A program made the position numbers and the translations under genes. The notes beneath the pieces are model-generated. The model saw only the letters and a list, made by a program, of their open reading frames with translations. It had not been told where the DNA came from and did not search any database. From an uncultured beta proteobacterium (GTDB lineage: Bacteria > Pseudomonadota > Gammaproteobacteria > Burkholderiales > Burkholderiaceae_C): a stretch of 52,274 bases of DNA. Positions 27,334 through 37,275 of the stretch are shown here, one piece after another (position 1 is the stretch's first letter; each line of letters opens with the position of its first letter). The DNA lies in the NCBI GenBank assembly GCA_903896425.1, contig CAITXW010000257.1, positions 1 through 52,274 of the forward strand, given 5' to 3'.

Positions 27334-28872
27334 ATGAAAACAGCATCACACAACAGCTATCGCGTGGTGGCCGCATGGCTGCTGGCCGCAGGCGCGGGCT
27401 TGGTCATCGCCGTGTCGGCCCCGGCGCAGACCGCGGCGCCCCGGACCACGGTCATCAAGGGCACGGCCGCCGCTACTGCCGCCGTGCCTGCCCCGGCCAG
27501 CAGCGGCAGCGGCAGCGCTTTTGCCGCACTCGGGCCGACGCTGGAACTGATCATCGGCAAGTCCACCTTGATGCGCACACCGTCGCCAATCGAACGCATC
27601 TCGGTCGGCAATCCGGGGGTTGCCGATGTCTCGCTGATCAACCCGTCCGAGCTTTACCTGCTGGGCAAGGCCTACGGATCAACCAACCTGGTGATCTGGC
27701 GCAAGGGCGCGGAAACCACGGTGGTGGATGTCAACGTCAGCATCGACGCCGAGCGCATGGAGAAGAAGCTGCGGGACTTGCTGCCGGACGAGCCCGGCAT
27801 CCGCGTGCGTCCGGCCGCTGACTCGGTGATCCTGACCGGTGTGGTGTCGAGCGCCACCAAGGCCAAATACGCCGAAGACATTGCCAATGCCTTTGTGCGC
27901 GACATCAACAAGAGCCTGGTGCTGCCCGTGACGGCGGGCGAGGCCAAGGTGAAACCGGGCAGCGCGATCGCCGTGACCAGCGGCGAGGGTGCGGCGCTCA
28001 GCGTGGCCGGCGCCAAGGTGGTCAATCTGCTGCGCATCGCGCAGGGGCAGCAGGTGATGCTGGAAGTGAAGATCGCCGAGGTCAGCAAGACCCTGATCGA
28101 CAAGCTCGGCTCCAGCGTCGCCATCCGGCGCACCGGCAACGGCGGCGAGAACGTGTTCTCCATGCTGTCAAACTTTCTGAGCAGCGGCGGCGGTTTGCTT
28201 GAAGCCCTCAATGTTGGCAAGACCGCCCTCAGCATCGATGGCCAGAATGATGATGGCCTGGTGCGCATGCTGGCCGAGCCCAACCTGATGGCGGTGAGCG
28301 GCCAGTCGGCGAGCTTTCTCTCGGGCGGGAAAATCTTCATTCCGGTGTCCCAGACCAACAGTGGCTCGGCCGGCGGCTCCACCATCACGCTGGAGGAAAA
28401 GGAGTTCGGCATCGGCGTGCGCTTCACGCCGACCGTGATGGATGGCACGCGCATCAATCTCAAGCTGGTGTCCGAGGTCTCCGACCTGTCGCAGACCGGC
28501 TCGCCCTTCAGCACGGTCAACGGCGTGGTGTCGATTCTTCCCTCGCTTTCGGTGCGCCGCGCCGACACCACGGTGCAGCTCAATGACGGCCAGAGCTTTG
28601 TCATTGCCGGCCTGATCAAGAACAACTCGACCGCTGCGGTCAAGCGCTTCCCGGGCCTGGGCGAGGTGCCGGTGCTGGGCGCGCTGTTTCGCAGCAGCGA
28701 GTTCCAGAAAGACCAGACCGAACTGCTGTTCGTCGTTACGCCGCGCCTGGTCAAGCCGCTGGCAGAAGTGCCGATCCTGCCGACGGGCAACCATCTCGAA
28801 CCCAAGCCGGCTGATGTGCTTCTCTATGGCACGGTGGAAGCTCCGGCCAGCGCACCTGCCGTCAATCAGTGA
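27334..28872 (+). CDS. cpaC: Secretin CpaC/RcpA
   Basis: GNPGVADV, QVMLEVKIAEVS, LAEPNL, PGLGEVPVLGALFRS, TELLFVVTP. Confidence 0.93.
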   Translation: MKTASHNSYRVVAAWLLAAGAGLVIAVSAPAQTAAPRTTVIKGTAAATAAVPAPASSGSGSAFAALGPTLELIIGKSTLMRTPSPIERISVGNPGVADVSLINPSELYLLGKAYGSTNLVIWRKGAETTVVDVNVSIDAERMEKKLRDLLPDEPGIRVRPAADSVILTGVVSSATKAKYAEDIANAFVRDINKSLVLPVTAGEAKVKPGSAIAVTSGEGAALSVAGAKVVNLLRIAQGQQVMLEVKIAEVSKTLIDKLGSSVAIRRTGNGGENVFSMLSNFLSSGGGLLEALNVGKTALSIDGQNDDGLVRMLAEPNLMAVSGQSASFLSGGKIFIPVSQTNSGSAGGSTITLEEKEFGIGVRFTPTVMDGTRINLKLVSEVSDLSQTGSPFSTVNGVVSILPSLSVRRADTTVQLNDGQSFVIAGLIKNNSTAAVKRFPGLGEVPVLGALFRSSEFQKDQTELLFVVTPRLVKPLAEVPILPTGNHLEPKPADVLLYGTVEAPASAPAVNQ

Positions 28873-28882
28873 AGGAAAAGTC

Positions 28883-29152
28883 ATGAACAAGATCACGCTC
28901 CCATTGCTCCTGTGCCTGCTGACGGGCTGCACCAGCATCACGCCCAACTTTGACGCCAAATTTGGCGACGCGGTGCGCGCCGCGCGTCAGGCGCAGACGC
29001 TCAACCCTGGCCCGCGCTCCGATACCGACCCGGTGTTGGGTCTGGACGCGCAGGCGGCTGTCAAGGCGCAAGAGCGTTATCAGGATTCTTTCAAGGCGCC
29101 GCCCAAAACCTTCGAGGTGATCAACATCGGCGGCGCCATGTCAGGTCAATAA
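28883..29152 (+). CDS. Small Tad-associated lipoprotein
   Basis: LTGC lipobox; FGDAVRAARQAQTLNP; GAAGGA RBS; follows the secretin. Confidence 0.75.
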   Translation: MNKITLPLLLCLLTGCTSITPNFDAKFGDAVRAARQAQTLNPGPRSDTDPVLGLDAQAAVKAQERYQDSFKAPPKTFEVINIGGAMSGQ

Positions 29153-29185
29153 GCAATAGTGCCATCCGTGTTCGAGGTCCATCTC

Positions 29186-30541
29186 ATGGAACAGCGTGCT
29201 TCCCCGTCCAGTCGGTGTCATCAACGCGGTGCGGTGACGATCGTGTTCGGCCTGATGCTGGTGGTGCTGATTGGCTTTGCCGGCCTGGCGATCGATCTGG
29301 GGCGGCTTTTTGTGATCAAGACGGAACTGCAAAACGCCATGGACGCTTGCGCCCTGTCGGCTGCATCGCAGTTGCGGCCTGGCTTCAACACCACAGCCGA
29401 CCTGACGCGCGCCGTGGCCTACGGGAGGGTGTTTTCCAACGGCGGCTTGCTGGGGCCGGGCTGGACCGCAGACCAGGCCGCAAGCATCAAGAACTATGTC
29501 AATTTTCAAAGCGCCCCGGTCAACATCACGAGCGAGCACATCAGTTTTTCCGCGACGCTGAATGGCGGTTATCACAGCGTGGGCGCGGCCAACATCAGGG
29601 ATGACAAGTATGCCCAGTGCAACTTCCCGCTGGCTGGCTTGCCCGTTTATTTCATGCAGGTCTTGAACCTGCTGCCCCTGGATCCACCGATCGCCAACAC
29701 CCAGACCGTCTCGGCCATGGCGGTGGCCAAGGGCAGGGGACAGATCTGCAACGTGATTCCGGTGGGCATATGCCCCAGCCCCGCCATTCACGAGGGCGAC
29801 TGGCTGGAACTGGGCGACGGCTCGGGTGGTCCGGCGCGTGGCTGGTTCCGCTGGGTCAAGTTCAACGGCGAATCGGGCGCCAACGTGGTCAGGGATCATC
29901 TGCTCAATGCGGGCCACTGTGAGATTCCAACCAGCCTCGTCGTGGACCAGACCGGCAATATGGACAGCGCCCAGAAGGCATGGAATACGCGGTTTGGCAT
30001 TTATCAGGCGAGCTTCGATATCAATACGGCGCCACCCGACAAGACGGGCTATGCGTTTTTCAACCACAGCGCGCTGCCTGTCGCAAAGCGAAACTGGAAT
30101 GTTCCTGACAACAATTTGCCAAACGTACCGGCCACAACCCCGCCCTACAGCGCACGCGCACTGCCCGCGTACAAAATTGCTGAGACCTCTCCGAATTTCT
30201 GGAACTACACCGATTCATTCACGGCGCTGACTGCGCATCAGTCAACAGACCCTGACATCTTCAATGGGAAGCCCGGTTTGGCGACGCACGGGAGTTCCGG
30301 TACGCATAACACGCTGGGGCTGCTGAACCGGCGCCTGGTGGTCGTGCCGACCATGACGAATTGTTCCGGGGGGGCTGCGATCGGCACCGGCTTCGCTTGC
30401 GCCCTGATGCTCAACCCGTTTGGCAAGGTGGGCAGCAATGACATCAACGGCAAGATTGAATACCTGGGTCCGATCGGTCCCGACAGTCCGTGCGGCAGCG
30501 CCATTGCTGATGCATTGAACATGGCTGTACTGGTCAAGTAG
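29186..30541 (+). CDS. tadG: TadG-like minor pilin / adhesin
   Basis: QRG|AVTIVFGL..GLAIDLG..ELQNAMDACALSAA; Cys-rich variable C-terminus. Confidence 0.85.
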   Translation: MEQRASPSSRCHQRGAVTIVFGLMLVVLIGFAGLAIDLGRLFVIKTELQNAMDACALSAASQLRPGFNTTADLTRAVAYGRVFSNGGLLGPGWTADQAASIKNYVNFQSAPVNITSEHISFSATLNGGYHSVGAANIRDDKYAQCNFPLAGLPVYFMQVLNLLPLDPPIANTQTVSAMAVAKGRGQICNVIPVGICPSPAIHEGDWLELGDGSGGPARGWFRWVKFNGESGANVVRDHLLNAGHCEIPTSLVVDQTGNMDSAQKAWNTRFGIYQASFDINTAPPDKTGYAFFNHSALPVAKRNWNVPDNNLPNVPATTPPYSARALPAYKIAETSPNFWNYTDSFTALTAHQSTDPDIFNGKPGLATHGSSGTHNTLGLLNRRLVVVPTMTNCSGGAAIGTGFACALMLNPFGKVGSNDINGKIEYLGPIGPDSPCGSAIADALNMAVLVK

Positions 30542-30546
30542 GGCCG

Positions 30547-31071
30547 ATGATGAGACTTCGCAAACAAACAGGTGTCGCCGCAGTCGAGTTTGCACTCATC
30601 CTGGTGCCGATGCTGGTGTTGTGCATGGGCATCACCGAGCTGGGTCGCGCGCTGTATTACTACAACGGCCTGGTCAAAGCCACGCGCGGCGCAGCGCGTT
30701 ACCTGACAGCGAAAGACCTGAGTTCACTGACCAGTGGCACGGCGTATGGCAGTGGCGCTGCCAATTCAGACGTGCAGGCCGCTATCGCCCTGGCCTGGTG
30801 CGGCACGACCGTTTGCGCATCGGGCGCCACCAGCCTCGTGCCCGGGCTTGATGCATCCAAGGTGAGCATCATCACGCACAACGATGTCCAGGCCACCGAT
30901 GGCACGAGCGCCCTGGGCAGCGTGCATCTGGTGACGGTACGGATTGGTCCCGATGATCCCGCCAATGGCAACGACCCCAGGGCGGTCTGGTTTGAATCGT
31001 TTCTGCCTTACAGCATCACCCGATTCAAGTTTTCGCCGGTGACGATCACCATGGCCTGGAGCGTGACATGA
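30547..31071 (+). CDS. TadE/TadF pseudopilin
   Basis: QTG|VAAVEFALI..ELGRA..ATRGAARY. Confidence 0.88.
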   Translation: MMRLRKQTGVAAVEFALILVPMLVLCMGITELGRALYYYNGLVKATRGAARYLTAKDLSSLTSGTAYGSGAANSDVQAAIALAWCGTTVCASGATSLVPGLDASKVSIITHNDVQATDGTSALGSVHLVTVRIGPDDPANGNDPRAVWFESFLPYSITRFKFSPVTITMAWSVT

Positions 31072-31532
31072 GGCCGCTGCTGTCACGCCAGCACGTCAGC
31101 GGCCTTGCGTCGCGGCGCCAGCAGTGCGGCGCTGCGATCATCGAATTTGCCATGGTTGCGATCGTCTTTCTGGCGGTTCTGATTGGCATCATGGAGTTGG
31201 GGCGCTGGTTGTTCACGCTGGGCGCCGCGAACGAAGCGACCCGCTGGGGGGCAAGACTGGCGGTTGTGTGTGGCAGCAGCGAGTCGGCCATTCAGGCCCG
31301 TGTTGCGCCCATGATCCGCAGCGCAGGAACGCTCAGCGTCGTCTATCCGCCATCGGCCTGCAGCACCGACTGCATGGTCACCGTGCGTCTGACGGGGGCG
31401 AAGTTCAAGCCGTTGATACCCCTGTTCCCGCAGAGTCCGGATCTGGACGGATGGCTCATGCCCGATTTCAGCACGACTTTGCCGCGTGAAGCCATGGGGT
31501 CTGAAGGCGCGAATGATGTTTGCCCCCCATAA
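31068..31532 (+). CDS. TadE family pseudopilin
   Basis: QCG|AAIIEFAMV..EATRWGARLAVVC; TTLPREAMG. Confidence 0.88.
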   Translation: MRPLLSRQHVSGLASRRQQCGAAIIEFAMVAIVFLAVLIGIMELGRWLFTLGAANEATRWGARLAVVCGSSESAIQARVAPMIRSAGTLSVVYPPSACSTDCMVTVRLTGAKFKPLIPLFPQSPDLDGWLMPDFSTTLPREAMGSEGANDVCPP

Positions 31533-31557
31533 AAAGAACAACAGGAATGACCCCGCC

Positions 31558-32733
31558 ATGAAGCTCAAAGTATCCGCCATCTGCGACTCCGAGGCGATGG
31601 TCGCCGCGCTCAAGGCACCCGACGCCGCGCCGGCCGGCGTGCTGGTCACGGCGCAACTCGGCTCGGCACAGAACGTGGCCGGCGTGCTGTACCGCGATCA
31701 ACCCGACGTGCTGTTGCTGGACTTCCCGGCGGTCAATGAAATGGCGATGCAGCAGGTCGAGTCGGCGTTGCTCAAGGCGCCGCGCACGCACATGGTTCTG
31801 GTCAGCCCCGACCGGTCGGTCGAATTGCTGATGCGCGCCATGCGGGCTGGCGTGCGCGAAGTGGTGCCGGCGCCGCTCAGTGCGGCTACCCTGCAGCAAA
31901 TCGTCGAGCGCGTTCAGGCCAGACAACGGGCCAGCGCCGCTCAGCAGAACCCGGGCGCGCAGGTGCTGGCCATGCTGCCAGCCAAGGGTGGCGCGGGCGC
32001 CACCTTTCTCGCGACCAATCTGGCCTTCGCCCTGTCGCGTCAGGGCAGCCGCGTGGCTTTGCTCGACCTCAATCTGTATTTTGGCGACGCCGCCATCTTC
32101 TTGGGCGACAAGCCCGTTGTCACCAGCATGATGGACCTGATGCGCCAGGTGCACCGGCTCGATTCCGCTTTATTGAATTCGAGCATGATCAAGGTGAACG
32201 AGAACCTGCACCTGCTGGCAGCCTCCGAATCGGTTGAGGATATGGGTGAGGCTTCGGTCGCGGGTGTCGAGAAGATCATCGAGCTTGCGCGCAGCCAGTA
32301 TGACTTTGTGCTGCTGGACCTGGGCAGCACGATCGATCAGGTTGCACTCAGGGCGCTTGATCTGGCCGACACCATCTGTCTGATATTGCAGCTCAATCTG
32401 CCCTTTGTGCGCGCGGCAAAACACATGGCCGCCGTCTTTCGCCAAATGGGCTACTCGCGCGAAAAACTGTGCGTTGTTGTCAACCGCAATGAAGACGTTG
32501 GCACCATCAATCTGGCCAGTGTCGAGAAGACGACCCAGTTGAAGGTCGGGCGGACCATTCCCAACAGCCACAGCGCGGTTATCGCGTCGGTCAATGAGGG
32601 CGTGCCCCTGCTAGAGATGGCGCCGCGCGACCCGGTGGCGCGTGCGCTGCTGGCCTGGGCGCAGGAGCTTGCCCCAGCCATGGCGCAGCCCAGGACGCGT
32701 TGGTGGCAACGATGGATGAAGTCCGGCGCCTGA
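31558..32733 (+). CDS. cpaE: CpaE/TadZ (REC-like plus MinD-like ATPase)
   Basis: [34 protein letters not shown]. Confidence 0.9.
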   Translation: MKLKVSAICDSEAMVAALKAPDAAPAGVLVTAQLGSAQNVAGVLYRDQPDVLLLDFPAVNEMAMQQVESALLKAPRTHMVLVSPDRSVELLMRAMRAGVREVVPAPLSAATLQQIVERVQARQRASAAQQNPGAQVLAMLPAKGGAGATFLATNLAFALSRQGSRVALLDLNLYFGDAAIFLGDKPVVTSMMDLMRQVHRLDSALLNSSMIKVNENLHLLAASESVEDMGEASVAGVEKIIELARSQYDFVLLDLGSTIDQVALRALDLADTICLILQLNLPFVRAAKHMAAVFRQMGYSREKLCVVVNRNEDVGTINLASVEKTTQLKVGRTIPNSHSAVIASVNEGVPLLEMAPRDPVARALLAWAQELAPAMAQPRTRWWQRWMKSGA

Positions 32734-32770
32734 AGGCGGGCTCAACCCAACAACAGAAAGAGCGAACATT

Positions 32771-34126
32771 ATGAACCTGCGAGATTTAAAACCCAACGCC
32801 AGAAGCGTGCCCACGGTCGGCGATTTCGGCGCCGAGTCCCGCTTGCCGGCAACACCCCAGTATTACGAGCTCAAGAGCCGTCTGCACAGCCAGTTGCTGG
32901 GCCGCGTCGACCTCGAGGTGCTGGGCAGCATGGCGCCGGAGCGCCTGCGCGCGGAGCTCGGCTCTCTGGTCGAAAAGCTGCTGACCGAGTCGGGCGTGGC
33001 GCTCAATGCGGCGGAACACCGCAAGATGATCGAGGACATCCAGAACGAGGTCATGGGCCTGGGGCCGCTCGAGCCCTTGCTGGCCGACCCCACGGTGTCC
33101 GACATTCTGGTCAACGGCCCGAACAAGGTCTATGTCGAGCGCCATGGTCGCATCGAGGTGACCGACATCGTTTTCTCCGACGCGGCGCACCTGATGAAAG
33201 TCATCGACAAGATTGTTTCGCGCATTGGTCGGCGCATCGACGAGTCGAGCCCGATGGTCGATGCCCGGCTGCCCGATGGCTCGCGCGTCAATGCCATCAT
33301 TCCGCCACTGGCGCTCGATGGTCCGCTGCTGTCGATTCGCCGTTTTGCGGTTGTGCCGCTGCGCGTGGAAGACCTGATCCGGAACAAATCGCTGACGCCG
33401 GAGCTGGCGGAACTGCTGGCCGGCATGGTGCGCGCCAAGATGAACATCCTGATTTCGGGCGGCACCGGCACCGGCAAGACGACACTGCTCAATGTCTTGT
33501 CCAGCGCGATTCCGAGCCAGGAGCGCATCGTGACGATCGAGGACGCGGCGGAACTGCAGTTGCAGCAGCCGCACGTGGTTCGCCTTGAAACACGCCCGCC
33601 CAACATCGAGGGCAAGGGCGAGGTCAATCAGCGCGCGCTGGTTCGCAACAGCTTGCGCATGCGCCCGGACCGCATCATCGTCGGCGAGGTCCGCGGCGTG
33701 GAGGTGGTGGACATGCTGCAGGCCATGAACACCGGGCACGAGGGGTCCATGGCCACGGTGCACGCCAATACGCCGCGTGACGCGCTGACCCGGCTCGAGA
33801 ACATGGCGGGCATGGGCGGCATGGCAATTCCGCCCAAGGCGATGCGCCAGCAGATCAGTTCCGCCATCATGGCCATCATCCAGATCGCGCGCTTGACCGA
33901 CGGCCGGCGCAAGCTGGTGAGCCTGCAGGAAGTGGTCGGCATGGAGGGCGACATCATCACCATGCAGGAGATCTACGCCTACACCCAGACCAGCGTTGCC
34001 GAGGACGGCACGGTGCTGGGGCACTTTGGCGCCACCGGCGTGCGACCCAAGTTCATGGGCCGGCTCAGGGCCTATGGTGTGCGCATCGCGGACGAGACCT
34101 TCGATCAAACCCGAACCTACGAGTGA
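32771..34126 (+). CDS. cpaF: CpaF/TadA pilus motor ATPase
   Basis: [48 protein letters not shown]. Confidence 0.95.
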   Translation: MNLRDLKPNARSVPTVGDFGAESRLPATPQYYELKSRLHSQLLGRVDLEVLGSMAPERLRAELGSLVEKLLTESGVALNAAEHRKMIEDIQNEVMGLGPLEPLLADPTVSDILVNGPNKVYVERHGRIEVTDIVFSDAAHLMKVIDKIVSRIGRRIDESSPMVDARLPDGSRVNAIIPPLALDGPLLSIRRFAVVPLRVEDLIRNKSLTPELAELLAGMVRAKMNILISGGTGTGKTTLLNVLSSAIPSQERIVTIEDAAELQLQQPHVVRLETRPPNIEGKGEVNQRALVRNSLRMRPDRIIVGEVRGVEVVDMLQAMNTGHEGSMATVHANTPRDALTRLENMAGMGGMAIPPKAMRQQISSAIMAIIQIARLTDGRRKLVSLQEVVGMEGDIITMQEIYAYTQTSVAEDGTVLGHFGATGVRPKFMGRLRAYGVRIADETFDQTRTYE

Positions 34127-34130
34127 CGCC

Positions 34131-35105
34131 ATGAGCCCTGGTTACGCCCTTTTCATCGTCCTCGGCTTTCTGGCCGTGGTGCTTCTGCTCGAGGGTGGCT
34201 TCATGCTGTGGTCCTACACCACAAGCCCCGAGGTCAAACGCATTCGCCGGCGCCTGCGCCTGATGGCGGTCGGGCGCCATCGCAAGTCCGACGCCACGCT
34301 GCTCAAGGAGCGCCTGCTGAGCGTCACACCGGGCCTGCAGCGTCTTTTGGTGCGCCTGCCGAAAATCCAGCAGCTCGATCGCATGTTGTTGCAGACCGGC
34401 TCCAGCAGCACGGTGGCACAACTGCTGTCGGTCTGCCTGCTGGCCGGTTTCGGCGGGATCGTCCTTGCCATGATGCTGAAATGGCCGTGGCAGTGGGCGC
34501 TGTTGATCGGGCTGGCGCTGGCGGTGCTGCCGCTGCTGCGCCTGAGCTGGCTGCGCAAGCGGCGCGTGAACAAGATTGGCGCCCAACTGCCCGATGCGCT
34601 GGACATGATCAGCCGCGCGCTGCGCGCCGGGCACGCGTTTCCGGCCGCGCTGGCGATGGTGGGAGACCAGGCACAGGAGCCGATTGCCAGCGAGTTCAAG
34701 GCGACTTTCGACGAGATCAACTTCGGGCTCTCAACCCAGACGGCGCTGCTGAACCTGGCCAGCCGGGTTCCGATCCCGGACCTGCGTTACTTCGTGCTGG
34801 CGGTGGTGATCCAGCTCGAGACCGGCGGCAATCTGGCCGAACTGCTGGGCATGCTGGCCGAGTTGATTCGGGAGCGTTTCAAGCTGTTTGGCCGGATCCG
34901 GGTGCTGGCAGCCGAAGGCAAGCTCTCTGCCTACATCCTGACCGCACTGCCATTTTGCGTGGCCGGGTTGATCCAGATTGTCAACCCGGGCTACTTGAGC
35001 ATTCTGTTCACAGACCCGGTCGGCCCCCGGCTTGTGATCACGGCCCTCGTCATGATGGTTGTCGGCTGTCTCGCGATGTGGCGAATCATTGACTTCCGGG
35101 TCTGA
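34131..35105 (+). CDS. tadB: TadB platform protein
   Basis: QLPDALDMISRALRAGH, QLETGGNLAE, AEGKLSA. Confidence 0.92.
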   Translation: MSPGYALFIVLGFLAVVLLLEGGFMLWSYTTSPEVKRIRRRLRLMAVGRHRKSDATLLKERLLSVTPGLQRLLVRLPKIQQLDRMLLQTGSSSTVAQLLSVCLLAGFGGIVLAMMLKWPWQWALLIGLALAVLPLLRLSWLRKRRVNKIGAQLPDALDMISRALRAGHAFPAALAMVGDQAQEPIASEFKATFDEINFGLSTQTALLNLASRVPIPDLRYFVLAVVIQLETGGNLAELLGMLAELIRERFKLFGRIRVLAAEGKLSAYILTALPFCVAGLIQIVNPGYLSILFTDPVGPRLVITALVMMVVGCLAMWRIIDFRV

Positions 35106-35117
35106 GGGAGAAACAAG

Positions 35118-36062
35118 ATGCAAACATTTATTCTCGCCGTGGTGTTCACGACCGTGGCCGGCCTGGTGCTGGGTATCGGCCTGTGGCTGGGCCGCGAGGA
35201 CGCGGTTGGCAAGCGCCTGAACCGCCTCAGCAGTCACACGGACACGCCGGAAAACGCCAGTGGCACAGGTGACGATTGGCAGGCCAAGGTGGCGAAAGTG
35301 GCTGCGCCGATCGCCTGGCTGGCGACGCCGCAGGAGGGCTGGGAGTCGTCCAATCTCCGGATCCGTTTCATGCGCGCCGGTCTTCGCGGGCCTGGCTGGC
35401 CGGTGATATTTTTTGGCGCCAAAACACTGCTGACGCTGGCGCTGCCGGGCCTGCTGCTGCTGTACCGCGGCGTGATTGACCGTTCCAGCACGGCTGGCGC
35501 CCTGATGTTTGCCGTGCTGGCATTGGCCGGCTTCGGCTATTACCTGCCCAATCTGGTGCTGGCGCTGCTGACGCGCGCGCGCCAGCGTGAAGTGCAGGAG
35601 GCGCTGCCCGATGCCGTGGACCTGATGCGGGTCTGCGTGGAAGCCGGGCTTGGTCTGGACGCCGCCATGGCGCGTGCCGGCGAGGAGATGGACTTGCGCA
35701 GCCACGCGCTGGCGGAGGAACTCAATCTCGTGATGCTGGATCTGCGCGTTGGTTCTACGCGTGAGGCCGCGCTGCAGAACTTCGCCCTGCGCACGGGCGT
35801 GGAGGACGTGGCGACCTTTGTCACGATCCTGCTGCAGTCCGAGCACTTTGGCACCAACGTGGCGGAATCGATGCGGGTGCTGTCCGAGACCATGCGCGAA
35901 CAGCGCAAGGTGCGCGCCGAGGAACGGGCCGCCAAGATCCCGCTCAAGCTCCTGTTCCCCCTGATATTCATGATTTTTCCATCGCTGTTTGTGGTGTTGA
36001 CGGGGCCCGCCATGATCAGCATTTACCGGGTCCTGTTGCCGACCATGGGCGGCGCGGGCTGA
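35118..36062 (+). CDS. tadC: TadC platform protein
   Basis: LPDAVDLMRVCVEAGLGLD, AEERAAKIPLKLLFPL. Confidence 0.92.
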   Translation: MQTFILAVVFTTVAGLVLGIGLWLGREDAVGKRLNRLSSHTDTPENASGTGDDWQAKVAKVAAPIAWLATPQEGWESSNLRIRFMRAGLRGPGWPVIFFGAKTLLTLALPGLLLLYRGVIDRSSTAGALMFAVLALAGFGYYLPNLVLALLTRARQREVQEALPDAVDLMRVCVEAGLGLDAAMARAGEEMDLRSHALAEELNLVMLDLRVGSTREAALQNFALRTGVEDVATFVTILLQSEHFGTNVAESMRVLSETMREQRKVRAEERAAKIPLKLLFPLIFMIFPSLFVVLTGPAMISIYRVLLPTMGGAG

Positions 36063-36084
36063 GCATTTTCTTTTGGAGTACATC

Positions 36085-37146
36085 ATGAAGCACAGTGCAA
36101 AACTGGTTTCCCTTCTGACCGCTGGCACGCTGCTGGGCTGCGCGCAGCCGTGGGGGCCGGCGGTCGCAACCGGACAGGCGGCGGCGGACGCGGGTTCGCG
36201 CGCGCCGCTGCAGGCCAGCGTGCAGCCGCTGCAGAGCGCCTCCGGCGCGGTCTCGACGACCGAGGGTCTGTTCATCCTGGGGCGCGCGGCGCAGGCAGCG
36301 GGCCAGTCAACGCAGGCCGAGGAGCGCTTTGCGCAAGTGCTGGCCCTGCAGCCCCAGCACCTGGGCGCCCTCAACGCGGTGGCTGTGATTTATGCGCAAA
36401 CGCAGCGCGCAGAGCAGGCGGTCGAGCTCTTCCAGCGCGCGCTGGCACTCGATCCGCAGGCCGCGCATGTGCACAACAACCTGGGTTACGCCCTGATGCT
36501 GGCGGGGCGGCTTGCCGAGTCGCAGGCCGAGCTTGAACGGGCGCGTGAATTGAGTCCGTCGAACTGGCAGACCGGACAAAACCTCGAACTGCTGGCGCAA
36601 ACGCGCGAGCGTGTCGCAGCCGGGCCGCAACTGGTGGAAGTTGGCAGGAATGTCTATGAACTGCGGGACCGCCCCGGCCTTGCGCAGCCGGTGTTGCAGG
36701 CACAGGCCCAGTTGCCAAACAGGGTGCAGGCGCCAGCGCAGGCAGGCAGCGTCACGCTGCCATTGCAGAGTGCAGCGCGCCCCGACTTGCAAGGCGTGAG
36801 GGTCGAGGTTTCGAATGGCGTTGGCATCCGCCATCTGGCGCGGCGCACAGCAGAACGGCTTGCGCCAACCGGTGTCGTGACCGCGCGCCTGACCAATCAG
36901 CAGCCCTACCGGCAAGCGCGAACCGAAATCCAGTTTGGCAAGGGGCAACAGATGGCAGCGCAGGCCTTGTCAGCCAGTTTTCCGGTGCCGGTCAAGACGA
37001 TTGGCTCGAACAGTTTGCTCAAGGGCATCCAGTTGCGGCTGGTGCTCGGTCATGACCCGGCCGGCAAAGCGGTGCTGGCCTGGCTTGAGTCGGCCGGCGA
37101 AATCCGCATCGCGCTGAGCCTTGAGGATGGCTGGCGCTGGAGCTGA
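36085..37146 (+). CDS. TadD-like TPR lipoprotein with C-terminal LytR_C-like domain
   Basis: LLGC lipobox; TPR HNNLGYALML; VRVEVSNGVGIRHLARRTAERL..LRLVLG. Confidence 0.8.
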   Translation: MKHSAKLVSLLTAGTLLGCAQPWGPAVATGQAAADAGSRAPLQASVQPLQSASGAVSTTEGLFILGRAAQAAGQSTQAEERFAQVLALQPQHLGALNAVAVIYAQTQRAEQAVELFQRALALDPQAAHVHNNLGYALMLAGRLAESQAELERARELSPSNWQTGQNLELLAQTRERVAAGPQLVEVGRNVYELRDRPGLAQPVLQAQAQLPNRVQAPAQAGSVTLPLQSAARPDLQGVRVEVSNGVGIRHLARRTAERLAPTGVVTARLTNQQPYRQARTEIQFGKGQQMAAQALSASFPVPVKTIGSNSLLKGIQLRLVLGHDPAGKAVLAWLESAGEIRIALSLEDGWRWS

Positions 37147-37162
37147 GCTTGCGGCCCGGAGA

Positions 37163-37203
37163 TTGAGAAATCGCAATCGGCTTATTCCAGAAAAAATTAA
37201 GCT
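37163..37203 (+). promoter_or_regulatory. FNR/FixK-type class II promoter of the Ig-like lipoprotein
   Basis: TTGAG-AAAT-CGCAA (37163-37176), 21 nt, -10 TAAGCT (37198-37203). Confidence 0.65.
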
Positions 37204-37275
37204 GTTGCATGAAGTGTTGAAACAGAGGCGATTCGATGGCGCGGTTTCTATCGAGACATTGATGAGGGGTAAATT

